DNA of 64,000 nucleotides. Source: Candidatus Latescibacterota bacterium (GTDB lineage Bacteria > Latescibacterota > UBA2968 > UBA8231). Made by a program: the position numbers and the translations under genes. Positions 53,483 through 61,364 of the stretch are shown here, piece by piece; positions within the stretch are counted from its first letter, which is position 1; every line of letters begins with the position of its first letter. Location: assembly GCA_965206595.1 (NCBI GenBank), contig OZ242214.1, forward strand, positions 1,984,001 through 2,048,000, given 5' to 3'. A model generated the notes under the pieces. That model was not told where the DNA came from and searched no databases. It saw only the letters and a program-made list of their open reading frames with translations.

Positions 53483-54088
53483 CTATTGACTACCCTCGCC
53501 CAGTCGAAACACCGAGAAGCGACTGATCGATATTTTCTCGCCCACCTTCGATGTCAGTTCGGTGACCAAGTCTTCAATCGACTGGTCGCTGTTCTTGACA
53601 AACGGTTGTTCCAGGAGGCAGACCTCCTGGAACAACTTTTCCAGGCGCCCGGAGACGATCTTCTCGGCAATGTTATCGGGCTTGCCTTCGTTTTTCGCCT
53701 GGTCCAGGTAGATCTCGCGCTCGTGCGCGATCACCTCGGAGTCGACTGAATCTCTGTCGATCGCGCGCGGCTGTTCTGCGGCGATATGCATGGCCACGTC
53801 TTTGGCGAACTGCTGAAAATCTTCGGTTCGCGCGACGAAATCAGTCTCACAGTTTACCTCGACCAAGACACCGAGACGATTGCCGGGATGAATGTAGGAA
53901 GTAACCAGCCCTTCGAGCGCGTCGCGCCCCGCTCGCTTTTCCACAGCTGCCATTCCCTGCTTCCGCAGATAGTCGACTGCCTTGTCGAGATCGCCCTTGG
54001 TCTCCTGCAAAGCCTTCTTGCAGTCCATCCACCCAATCCCCGTCTGTTCCCGCAGCTGCCTGACAACGGCCGCGGAGATGTCCGCCAT
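53483..54088 (-). CDS. tsf: Elongation factor Ts (short form)
   Basis: LREQTG..MDCKKAL, EVNCETDFVA, LLEQPFVK. Confidence 0.96.
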   Translation of the reverse strand: MADISAAVVRQLREQTGIGWMDCKKALQETKGDLDKAVDYLRKQGMAAVEKRAGRDALEGLVTSYIHPGNRLGVLVEVNCETDFVARTEDFQQFAKDVAMHIAAEQPRAIDRDSVDSEVIAHEREIYLDQAKNEGKPDNIAEKIVSGRLEKLFQEVCLLEQPFVKNSDQSIEDLVTELTSKVGEKISISRFSVFRLGEGSQ

Positions 54089-54142
54089 ACCTATGCCGCC
54101 TTTCCCTTTGCAGATTATTGCTGTGCTGCCTACGAGCGCTCG

Positions 54143-54976
54143 CTAGGTCGCCCGGAACCGATTACCGGCTGCCGGGGCCTGCGGCCTCGAACTTCCGGAA
54201 TCTGGAGAAGTGGAAATCGAGCCTACCCCCGCAACAGCCTGGTCTACCGCTTCCCGATCGACTCCCTCGGCCGCCACTGCTTCGGCCTCATCGGAAGCTG
54301 CCCGGCCCTCAATCACTGCGTCGGCGATCAATGTCGATATCAACTCGATGGATCGGAGGGCGTCGTCGTTGCCCGGTATCGGATAGGTCACGAGGTCGGG
54401 GTCGCAGTTCGTGTCGACGATGGCGACCGAGGGTATCCCCAGTTTCCTCGCTTCGGAAATTGCCAGCTTCTCTTTTTTGATGTCGACTATGTATACCAGA
54501 CCGGGAGGGGTGGCCATCTTGCGAATGCCGGCAAGCGTTTTGGCCATCCGCCCCCGCTCCTTCTCCAGCAACAGCACTTCCTTCTTCTTCAGCTTTTCGT
54601 AGGTGCCGTCCGTGGCGATGCGATCGAGATGGTCGAGGTGGCGGATGTTCTGGCGGATAGTCAACCAGTTGGTAAGCATCCCCCCGAGCCAGCGCTCCGT
54701 TACGTAGAACATCCCGCAGCGCTCCGATTCGCGCAGCACCACATCGACTGCCTGTTTCTTGGTGCCGACGAACAGAACCGATTTTCCTGCCCGGGCGGTA
54801 TCGACGACCGCTTGGTAGACTTCGCCCAGCATCGTCACGGTCTTCTGTAGATCGACGATGTGGATGCCGTTGCGCTCTGTGAAGATGAACGGTCGCATTT
54901 TGGGATTCCAGCGTTGGGTCTGGTGGCCGAAATGCGTACCAGCTTCGAGAAGATCGCGAATTGCTATGTCGGGCAT
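54143..54976 (-). CDS. rpsB: 30S ribosomal protein S2
   Basis: AGTHFGH, WNPKM, RWLGGMLTN, DTNCDP, PGNDD. Confidence 0.98.
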   Translation of the reverse strand: MPDIAIRDLLEAGTHFGHQTQRWNPKMRPFIFTERNGIHIVDLQKTVTMLGEVYQAVVDTARAGKSVLFVGTKKQAVDVVLRESERCGMFYVTERWLGGMLTNWLTIRQNIRHLDHLDRIATDGTYEKLKKKEVLLLEKERGRMAKTLAGIRKMATPPGLVYIVDIKKEKLAISEARKLGIPSVAIVDTNCDPDLVTYPIPGNDDALRSIELISTLIADAVIEGRAASDEAEAVAAEGVDREAVDQAVAGVGSISTSPDSGSSRPQAPAAGNRFRAT

Positions 54977-55227
54977 GTCACAATCACTTTCGTTTGGTGT
55001 ATGGCGCGGCAGCCACAGCCTTCATCTTGGGCGTGAACCAATGAAAACAGGCCTCAAACGCATCAGAGGACCTGCTGCAACTCTTGACAAATGCCTTGCT
55101 ATGAATTGCCGAAGGGCTTTGGGGGTGCAGCTAGACTCGAAGTGAGGGGGTTGTCCGGCTGCTCCATGGATTAGCAAGTCGTCAAAACAACCGGCGGTTT
55201 GCCTCGGGCCCTCCGCAGTCGCGGGGC

Positions 55228-55623
55228 TCAGCGCTTGGAGAACTGGAAGCGCTTGCGGGCTCCGGCCAAGCCGTACTTTTTGCGCTCCTTCTCCCTGGGA
55301 TCGCGGGTCAGAAAACCAGCTTTCTTCAATGCCGGGCGCCAAGTCGGATCGTACTGGATCAGCGCTCGGGCGATGCCCAGACATGCGGCTCCTGCCTGTC
55401 CCTGCAGTCCGCCTCCATGCACACTAATCTGGATGTCGAACCGCTGGCGCGATTCGGTCAGGTCGAGAGGCTGGACCATCATCATTTCTAGGGCGTCCCG
55501 CCTGAGATAATCCTCAAGGCTACGGCCATTCATCGCGATCGTTCCCGACCCGGGACGGACGCGCACGCGGGCGACGGATGTTTTCCTGCGACCGGTCGCC
55601 TCGAAAGTCTGCTCAGCCATCAT
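55228..55623 (-). CDS. rpsI: 30S ribosomal protein S9
   Basis: [32 protein letters not shown]. Confidence 0.98.
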   Translation of the reverse strand: MMAEQTFEATGRRKTSVARVRVRPGSGTIAMNGRSLEDYLRRDALEMMMVQPLDLTESRQRFDIQISVHGGGLQGQAGAACLGIARALIQYDPTWRPALKKAGFLTRDPREKERKKYGLAGARKRFQFSKR

Positions 55624-55639
55624 CCCGCCCCTTCCCCAT

Positions 55640-56071
55640 TCAGAGGGTCAACTCTTCCGGTTTTTGCGCCGCGTGCCCATGTTCGGGACCAGCGTACACC
55701 CGCAGCTTCTTCAGCGTCTGCCGCCCCAGGACATTGTGCGGCAGCATTCCACGAACCGCTTTCCTGATCACGCGCTCGGGGTGTTTTTCCATCATCTCGC
55801 GGTAAGTCGTCGTACGAAGGCCTCCGGGATACCCGGTGTGGCGGTAGTAGACCTTCTGCTCCTCCTTGCGACCCGTCACCGCGACCTTTTCGGCGTTGAC
55901 GACGATCACGTGATCCCCCATGTCGAGATGCGGTGTAAAGGTCGGCTTGTGCTTGCCGCGAAGTACATGGGCGATCCGCGATGCCAGCCGGCCCAGTGTT
56001 TCGCCGCTCGCATCGACGACGTACCACTTGCGATCAATTTCGTTCGCCTTAGGCGAGTATGTCTTTTCCAC
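55640..56071 (-). CDS. rplM: 50S ribosomal protein L13
   Basis: WYVVDA...LGRLAS, LRGKHKP, HTGYPGG, AVRGMLP. Confidence 0.98.
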   Translation of the reverse strand: MEKTYSPKANEIDRKWYVVDASGETLGRLASRIAHVLRGKHKPTFTPHLDMGDHVIVVNAEKVAVTGRKEEQKVYYRHTGYPGGLRTTTYREMMEKHPERVIRKAVRGMLPHNVLGRQTLKKLRVYAGPEHGHAAQKPEELTL

Positions 56072-56086
56072 GCCGTGCTCCGCAGC

Positions 56087-56118
56087 GATTTTTCCTCAGG
56101 AAGATTTTTCCTCAGGAA
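56087..56118. repeat. 16-bp tandem duplication in the rplM leader
   Basis: GATTTTTCCTCAGGAA x2. Confidence 0.9.
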
Positions 56119-56129
56119 ATAGACTTTTC

Positions 56130-56158
56130 AACTTAAGGAGGACACCGCTGACTGTCAA
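56130..56158 (-). promoter_or_regulatory. Sigma70-type promoter for rplM-rpsI
   Basis: TTGACA-N17-TAAGTT inside the dedA 3' end. Confidence 0.6.
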
Positions 56159-56765
56159 CATAAAGTCGGCGCCTCCAGGCCCGGAACAGGGCAACGGCGA
56201 CCAGGGTGGCGATCACCGCGAGCACCGCTCGGTTGTAGTCCCGGAGCAGTTCGACGGCACGCTCCCAGTTGTTTCCGACGAGCAGCCCGGCGTAGATCAG
56301 CAGGCCGTTCCAGATCGCCATGCTCACCAGCCCCAGTCCGACCACCGGTTTCCAGCCCATCCCCCCCATTCCCGCGGAAAGCGCGATCACGGAGCGGATG
56401 CCGCTGAGAAAGCGGTTGGCGAGCACCAGCCAGGCGCCGTAGCGCTCCAGCCATCGCGTCGCGCGCTCGAGGCTCTGCACTGAGGCGATGCGAAACCGGG
56501 ACTGCAGGATGCGGGCCCCGTGTCTGGCTCCGAGCGCGAACATCACCGAGAAGCCCAAGGTTCCGCCGAGGCAGGTGCATACGTACGCGGGGATCCACTC
56601 CAGCACACCGCGGCCGACGAGATAGGCGCTGAAGAGGACCACAACGTCGCCGGGCACTGGGGGGATGAGGTTCTCCAGGAAAGCGCTGGCCGCCAGGAAG
56701 AAATAGGCCCACAGCGGGTTCCATCGCCCCAATTCGGCAACCGCGCTGTTGATGAAGTCGACCAA
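56133..56765 (-). CDS. DedA family membrane protein
   Basis: FLENLIPPVPGD, YG...LANRFLSGIR, AG. Confidence 0.9.
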   Translation of the reverse strand: MVDFINSAVAELGRWNPLWAYFFLAASAFLENLIPPVPGDVVVLFSAYLVGRGVLEWIPAYVCTCLGGTLGFSVMFALGARHGARILQSRFRIASVQSLERATRWLERYGAWLVLANRFLSGIRSVIALSAGMGGMGWKPVVGLGLVSMAIWNGLLIYAGLLVGNNWERAVELLRDYNRAVLAVIATLVAVALFRAWRRRLYVDSQRCPP

Positions 56766-56777
56766 TTGCGCCCGCGG

Positions 56778-57995
56778 CTACTTTTCAACCTGAGCTACGG
56801 CTTGCGCCGCCATGCCCTCGGAGCGCCCGGTGAATCCGAGCCTTTCGGTCGTCGTCGCCTTGACCGATACCGCCTCCAGGGGAATCCCCATCGCCTCAGC
56901 CAGTTTTCCCCTGATGGCGTCCATGTGGGGAGCAAGCTTCGGTTCCTGCGCCATGACCACCGCATCCACGTTGACCATCCGCACCCCCTTTTCGCCGAGG
57001 AGATCTCGCACCTTGGCGAGCAGCACCAGGCTCGAGATGCCGCGATAGCTCTCGTCGTCGTCAGGAAAATGCCGGCCGATGTCGCCGAGCGCGGCCGCAC
57101 CGAGCAAAGCATCGATTATGGCGTGAGTGAGAACATCGGCGTCGGAATGTCCTTCCAGACCTGCAGAGTGGGGAATGGTCAAGCCGCCAAGTATCAGCGG
57201 CTTGCCCGGCACCAAGCGATGGACGTCGTATCCCTGCCCTACCCTCGTGCTCGCGACGACTGCCGTGGCTGCCGGAATATCGGTTTTTTCGGGACGGCGC
57301 TTGCCCATGAACCATTCGACTTTCTCGAAGTCTTCGGGAGTGGTCATCTTGATGTTGAGGGAGTCGCCGGGAACGATGCACACCCTCGCGCCCATTCGCT
57401 CCAGCAACGTCGCCTCGTCGGTGGTCGGACGGGTACCTGCTGCCGCGCTCTCGGCGAACGCCTCGAGAAGGGTATCCCTGCGAAAACCCTGGGGGGTTTG
57501 CGCGTTCCACAGAGACCGCCGGTCCGGCGTCCCAACGACCACCCCCCCCCTCACTTCCTTCACTGTCTCCGTAGCCGGCAGCGCGGGGATGGCCGCCCCG
57601 GACCGCTCAGTCTCCTCGATTACCCGGTCGATAAGCTCTCGGGTGACCAGTGGACGCACGGCGTCGTGGATCAGGACGATTTCGTCCTCCGCCGTCGTCG
57701 CGCTCAGGGCGGAGCGAACCGAGTCGTAGCGCGCCCTGCCGCCGTCGACAGCCTGCCGCAGCTTGGAAAAGTCGCCGGCAAATTCTTCATAACGGGCGCG
57801 ATCGGCGGGATTGAGGGCGACGATGATTCCCCCTACCGATCGGGTCTCCTCGAAGCAGCACAAAGTATGCCACAATACCGGCCTGCCCAGCAGTTTCCGG
57901 AACTGCTTGGGTACGGCCCCCGGCATCCGCGTCCCGCGGCCGGCCGCAGGAACCACAGCGACGACCTTGCCTGCTGTTTCACTGCGCTCATGCAT
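56778..57995 (-). CDS. ispDF: Bifunctional IspD/IspF
   Basis: AAGRGTRM..PKQF, IHDAVRP, QTPQGF, NIKMTT; then GQGYDVH, HSDADV..HA..DA, DIGRHF, KATTTE. Confidence 0.95.
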   Translation of the reverse strand: MHERSETAGKVVAVVPAAGRGTRMPGAVPKQFRKLLGRPVLWHTLCCFEETRSVGGIIVALNPADRARYEEFAGDFSKLRQAVDGGRARYDSVRSALSATTAEDEIVLIHDAVRPLVTRELIDRVIEETERSGAAIPALPATETVKEVRGGVVVGTPDRRSLWNAQTPQGFRRDTLLEAFAESAAAGTRPTTDEATLLERMGARVCIVPGDSLNIKMTTPEDFEKVEWFMGKRRPEKTDIPAATAVVASTRVGQGYDVHRLVPGKPLILGGLTIPHSAGLEGHSDADVLTHAIIDALLGAAALGDIGRHFPDDDESYRGISSLVLLAKVRDLLGEKGVRMVNVDAVVMAQEPKLAPHMDAIRGKLAEAMGIPLEAVSVKATTTERLGFTGRSEGMAAQAVAQVEK

Positions 57996-58025
57996 GGCGG
58001 CCAAAAATCACTTTGGGTCGGGAAT

Positions 58026-59066
58026 TCACGAGATGAACATGGCGTCCCCGTAGCTGTAGAAGCGATATCCAGCCGCTACCGCTTCGCGATATGCAGCGAG
58101 GACCGCATCCGTTCCGGCGAACGCCGACACCAGCAGCAGCAGGGTGGAACGCGGCAGGTGAAAATTGGTCAGCAGTGCGTCGACAGCCCGGAAGCGATAG
58201 GGGGGCAGGATGTAACATTTGGTCCATCCGGCCCCGCCGCGAACCAGGCCCTCCTCCGACGCCAGCGTTTCCAGAGTCCGCGCGGTGGTCGTACCGACGG
58301 CGACAATGCGGCCTCCTGCTCGCTTTCGACGACATATCTCCCCGGCCTCCGATTCGCCCAGCTGGTACCACTCCGCTTCCAATCGATGCTTGCGAGGATC
58401 GGTAGTTCGGACCGGTTCGAATGTTCCGGGTCCGACATTCAGGGTCAAGGGAATTACCCCCACCCCCATCTGTCGCAAGCGATCGATCATGTCCAAGGTA
58501 AAGTGAAGACCCGCGGTCGGCGCCGCGACCGCTCCCTCGCTGCGGGCATATACCGTTTGATAGCGCTCGAAGTCTTCGAAAATCGGACGCCGCTGAAGGT
58601 ACGGGGGCAGCGGGACCTCGCCATGGGCGCGTATGATTTCCCGGTCCGGTCGACCACCTTCGAATCGAATGCTGAGGCGGCCGTCCGGCCCTATCGCAAG
58701 AACACGAATGGCCGCCCCGGGACGGTCTCCTGCGACGAGTTCCAGCCTTTCCGATTCCTTCAGGCGCCTTGTCGGCTTGCCGAGCGCCTGCCAGCAGCCC
58801 TCTTCGGTACGGTGGATCAGCAGCAGTTCGATCCGGCCCCCACCGCTCATCCTACGGGCCTGAAGCCGCGCCGGGAAGACCTTGGCGTCGTTGACGACGA
58901 GGGCGTCCGCGGGGCTCAGCAGATCGGGGAAATCGGCGAATGCGAGGTGCTCGTGCGAGCCGTCGTCGCGGCGCAGATGCAGAAGACGCGAGCCATCGCG
59001 ACCTTCCGCAGGATGTTTGGCTATCTGGCTCGGAGGGAGGGCAAAGTCGAAATCTGACAGGTCCAT
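58026..59066 (-). CDS. queA: SAM:tRNA ribosyltransferase-isomerase QueA
   Basis: DFDFALP, PLPPY, YQTVYA, AAPTAGLHF, AVGTT, TNFHLP, FYSYGDAM. Confidence 0.97.
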   Translation of the reverse strand: MDLSDFDFALPPSQIAKHPAEGRDGSRLLHLRRDDGSHEHLAFADFPDLLSPADALVVNDAKVFPARLQARRMSGGGRIELLLIHRTEEGCWQALGKPTRRLKESERLELVAGDRPGAAIRVLAIGPDGRLSIRFEGGRPDREIIRAHGEVPLPPYLQRRPIFEDFERYQTVYARSEGAVAAPTAGLHFTLDMIDRLRQMGVGVIPLTLNVGPGTFEPVRTTDPRKHRLEAEWYQLGESEAGEICRRKRAGGRIVAVGTTTARTLETLASEEGLVRGGAGWTKCYILPPYRFRAVDALLTNFHLPRSTLLLLVSAFAGTDAVLAAYREAVAAGYRFYSYGDAMFIS

Positions 59067-59120
59067 CTAATCGAGAAAAGCCCGCCGAGCGGATTGGAGG
59101 AAGCGGAACCGGATGAGCCC

Positions 59121-59149
59121 AACCTACCCGGCTCGCCGGAGGGGGTCAA
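59121..59149 (-). promoter_or_regulatory. Sigma70-type promoter for queA
   Basis: TTGACC-N17-TAGGTT. Confidence 0.5.
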
Positions 59150-59297
59150 GCAGAGTAGTGAGGAAGCGGGTGGTCGGATGCAGTTGCCTGAACCGCGAAG
59201 GGGGATGTCCGTTGCCCGGGGTCAACGCCACCCTGGGGGGAAAAGGGCCCCACACCCGGAACGTGCGATCTACAGCTCCTATCGCGCAAAAGCGGAT

Positions 59298-60041
59298 TTA
59301 ACGGGAATGGCGGTAAATCGTGGAAAGAATCTTGAGGCCTGCCCGGAAGCTTCCGGCCACGGTGCCGCTGATCTTCGATTCCCCAATTCGCCTCCGATAA
59401 CTGACAGGTACCTCCGCGATGCGCAGGCCCCTTTTTGCCGCCTTTATCTGCATCTCCACCGTCCATCCGAAATCCCGGTCCTCCATTCCCAGCTGCTCGA
59501 GTGCCGGCCGGTTTATGGCCCGGAACGGACCGAGATCGGTGTAGGATACTCCGAACAACAGGCGGATCAGCGAAGTGGCGAGAAGGTTGCCCAGCCGGGA
59601 TTGAGGGGGCAGGGCCCACGGTTGGCGGCGGCCTCGCACCCGGGACCCGATGACGAGGTCGGCCCCCTCGGTGCATATGGGGGTCAGCAGTCGCCCCATT
59701 TCTTTGGGATGGTCGCTGTAGTCGCCGTCCAGGAAAACAACGACATCGCACTCCCTGAGCGCCGCAATACCCGCCAGGCACGCCTGGCCGTACCCCTTTC
59801 GGGGTTCGCTGACCACCTCTGCGCCGGCCTCCTCCGCCCTGGCTGCGGTGTCGTCGGTCGAACCGTTGTCCACAACTACGACTTGATCAACTACAGCATC
59901 GATCTGCCCGCTCTCCGCGAACCGCTTCGGGATGTCGGCGAGCACCCTGCCGATCGCTTCCCGCTCGTCGCGAGCCGGTATCACTACCCCGATCGACAGC
60001 CTGGGCGGGGGAACCTGGGATGGATCACCGGGAGACGCCAT
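59298..60041 (-). CDS. Glycosyltransferase family 2 (DPM-synthase-like); alternative start 60086
   Basis: VIPARDE, VVDNGSTD, GYGQAC, FLDGD, DLGPFRA, GWTVEMQ, SKISGT. Confidence 0.9.
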   Translation of the reverse strand: MASPGDPSQVPPPRLSIGVVIPARDEREAIGRVLADIPKRFAESGQIDAVVDQVVVVDNGSTDDTAARAEEAGAEVVSEPRKGYGQACLAGIAALRECDVVVFLDGDYSDHPKEMGRLLTPICTEGADLVIGSRVRGRRQPWALPPQSRLGNLLATSLIRLLFGVSYTDLGPFRAINRPALEQLGMEDRDFGWTVEMQIKAAKRGLRIAEVPVSYRRRIGESKISGTVAGSFRAGLKILSTIYRHSR

Positions 60042-60246
60042 TCTTGTTGTTTGGGTGGCGGCCTCGAAGCCAGATGGAATGGCCATGACCGTGGGTCGTC
60101 GCGGGCTTGGTCAAGGCCGGGCCCACACGCAAAACCGCAACGAACCTGCGGTCCCCGCCAGGCAAAATGCCGGGCAGGAAGATCTAATTCGGTTTTACCA
60201 TCCGCTCCCGGACGGGAGTCAGCTTAAACCGGAGATAGGGGATCGG

Positions 60247-61185
60247 CTACAAATTCTTCTCGAGCCAGGAGAGCAACGCGTCGACGACTTCGGGATTTTC
60301 CAGCAGGTCGAGCCCATCCGCCGCCTGACTTACGTACACCACCCTACTTTCGTATACCACCCTGCCTTTGTAGAGCACCCTCCCATCATACACCTGATAC
60401 TCCTGAAGTTCGTCCGGGACCAGCTTCAGGTCTGTCGGATCGTCGGTGGAGTTTTTCAGGTCCGAAGCATAGTCGGGATAGATCAAAAACCCGTCATCGG
60501 TGATCTGGCGAATGTCGTTCTCGGCGACGATGAACATCATCGAGTGCGGAGAGAAGTCCTCCACCTCCTCACCAACAGCGAACGGCTTCCCGGTGAAGTA
60601 ATCAAAGATCCCGGGAGAAAGGGCGACACCTGCCTGGAGGTCGTCCGGGAAAGCCCCCATGCTCACGAAGGCGACATTGCCCCCTACCCCGGCCCCGACG
60701 ATGGCGACACGGGCGATGTCCGCCGAAGGCTCGGATTTCAACCAGTTCAGGGCGGCGCGGACGTCGAGGTGAAAATGGTCGAGATCGGAAACAAGCAGGA
60801 TCTGCTCGGTGCGGCCGTCGTCGGGATACGGTGTGTTTCCGTGGCCGCGCAGGTCGATGGCCAGGGGGGAATACCCCTCTTCGAGGAGCCGTTCGAACAA
60901 GCCGGCGAACAACCATTCCAGTCCGCCGATGAACGCGCTGAGTTCCCCGATATCGTGGACGAGGATCACCACGGGGTTCGGCCCGGGGACATCCGGGTGA
61001 CTGTATCGGGCGCTGACCTCGACATTGTCCACGGTGGTGAAGGTGACATCCTTGACTGGATAGGCAATCCCCGGTCCGGTGGGGAATTCGGGGGCTTCTA
61101 TTGTGATGTCATCCTCCTGGGTAGCGCAGCCGGCGGCCAGCCAGAACACCAATGAGAAGAGTAGTTGCCGAACGAAGGGTTTCAT
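60247..61185 (-). CDS. Lipoprotein with alpha/beta-hydrolase fold, catalytic Ser absent
   Basis: Lipobox LAAGC, VILVH, IDLRGHG, DV.AA..W, IVGAGVGG elbow, ALSPG. Confidence 0.8.
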   Translation of the reverse strand: MKPFVRQLLFSLVFWLAAGCATQEDDITIEAPEFPTGPGIAYPVKDVTFTTVDNVEVSARYSHPDVPGPNPVVILVHDIGELSAFIGGLEWLFAGLFERLLEEGYSPLAIDLRGHGNTPYPDDGRTEQILLVSDLDHFHLDVRAALNWLKSEPSADIARVAIVGAGVGGNVAFVSMGAFPDDLQAGVALSPGIFDYFTGKPFAVGEEVEDFSPHSMMFIVAENDIRQITDDGFLIYPDYASDLKNSTDDPTDLKLVPDELQEYQVYDGRVLYKGRVVYESRVVYVSQAADGLDLLENPEVVDALLSWLEKNL

Positions 61186-61215
61186 GCTACTCCCGGGGTT
61201 CCTTCCAATGTGAAT

Positions 61216-61286
61216 TTCCCTTGCCAATTGCGTACAGCGCTTCCCTTGCCAATTGCGTACAGCGCCTTGCCAATTGCGTACAGCGC
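61216..61286. repeat. Triple tandem repeat (25/25/21 bp) in a divergent intergenic region
   Basis: (TTCC)CTTGCCAATTGCGTACAGCGC x3. Confidence 0.92.
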
Positions 61287-61364
61287 ATGGATTAGCACAG
61301 CTCGTAAATTTAAGGTAACCAGGGAAATCGAGCGGTGCCAACCAACTACCCACTCTCCTGATCG

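Noticed and set aside
53483-54088. Short 201-aa EF-Ts as a truncation
   Set aside because: The short dimeric EF-Ts form is well known in several phyla
54977-55227. rpsB S2-binding leader
   Set aside because: Plausible from position, but I could not identify the conserved elements with confidence
56778-57995. IspD-IspF fusion as novel
   Set aside because: Bifunctional IspDF is established
56520-59057. 845-aa plus-strand ORF and other long antisense ORFs (e.g. 40161-41672, 59932-61155)
   Set aside because: Shadow frames of well-conserved genes in GC-rich DNA; no motifs
61216-61286. Three near-identical repeats as a mini CRISPR array
   Set aside because: Units are contiguous with no unique spacers, and there are no cas genes
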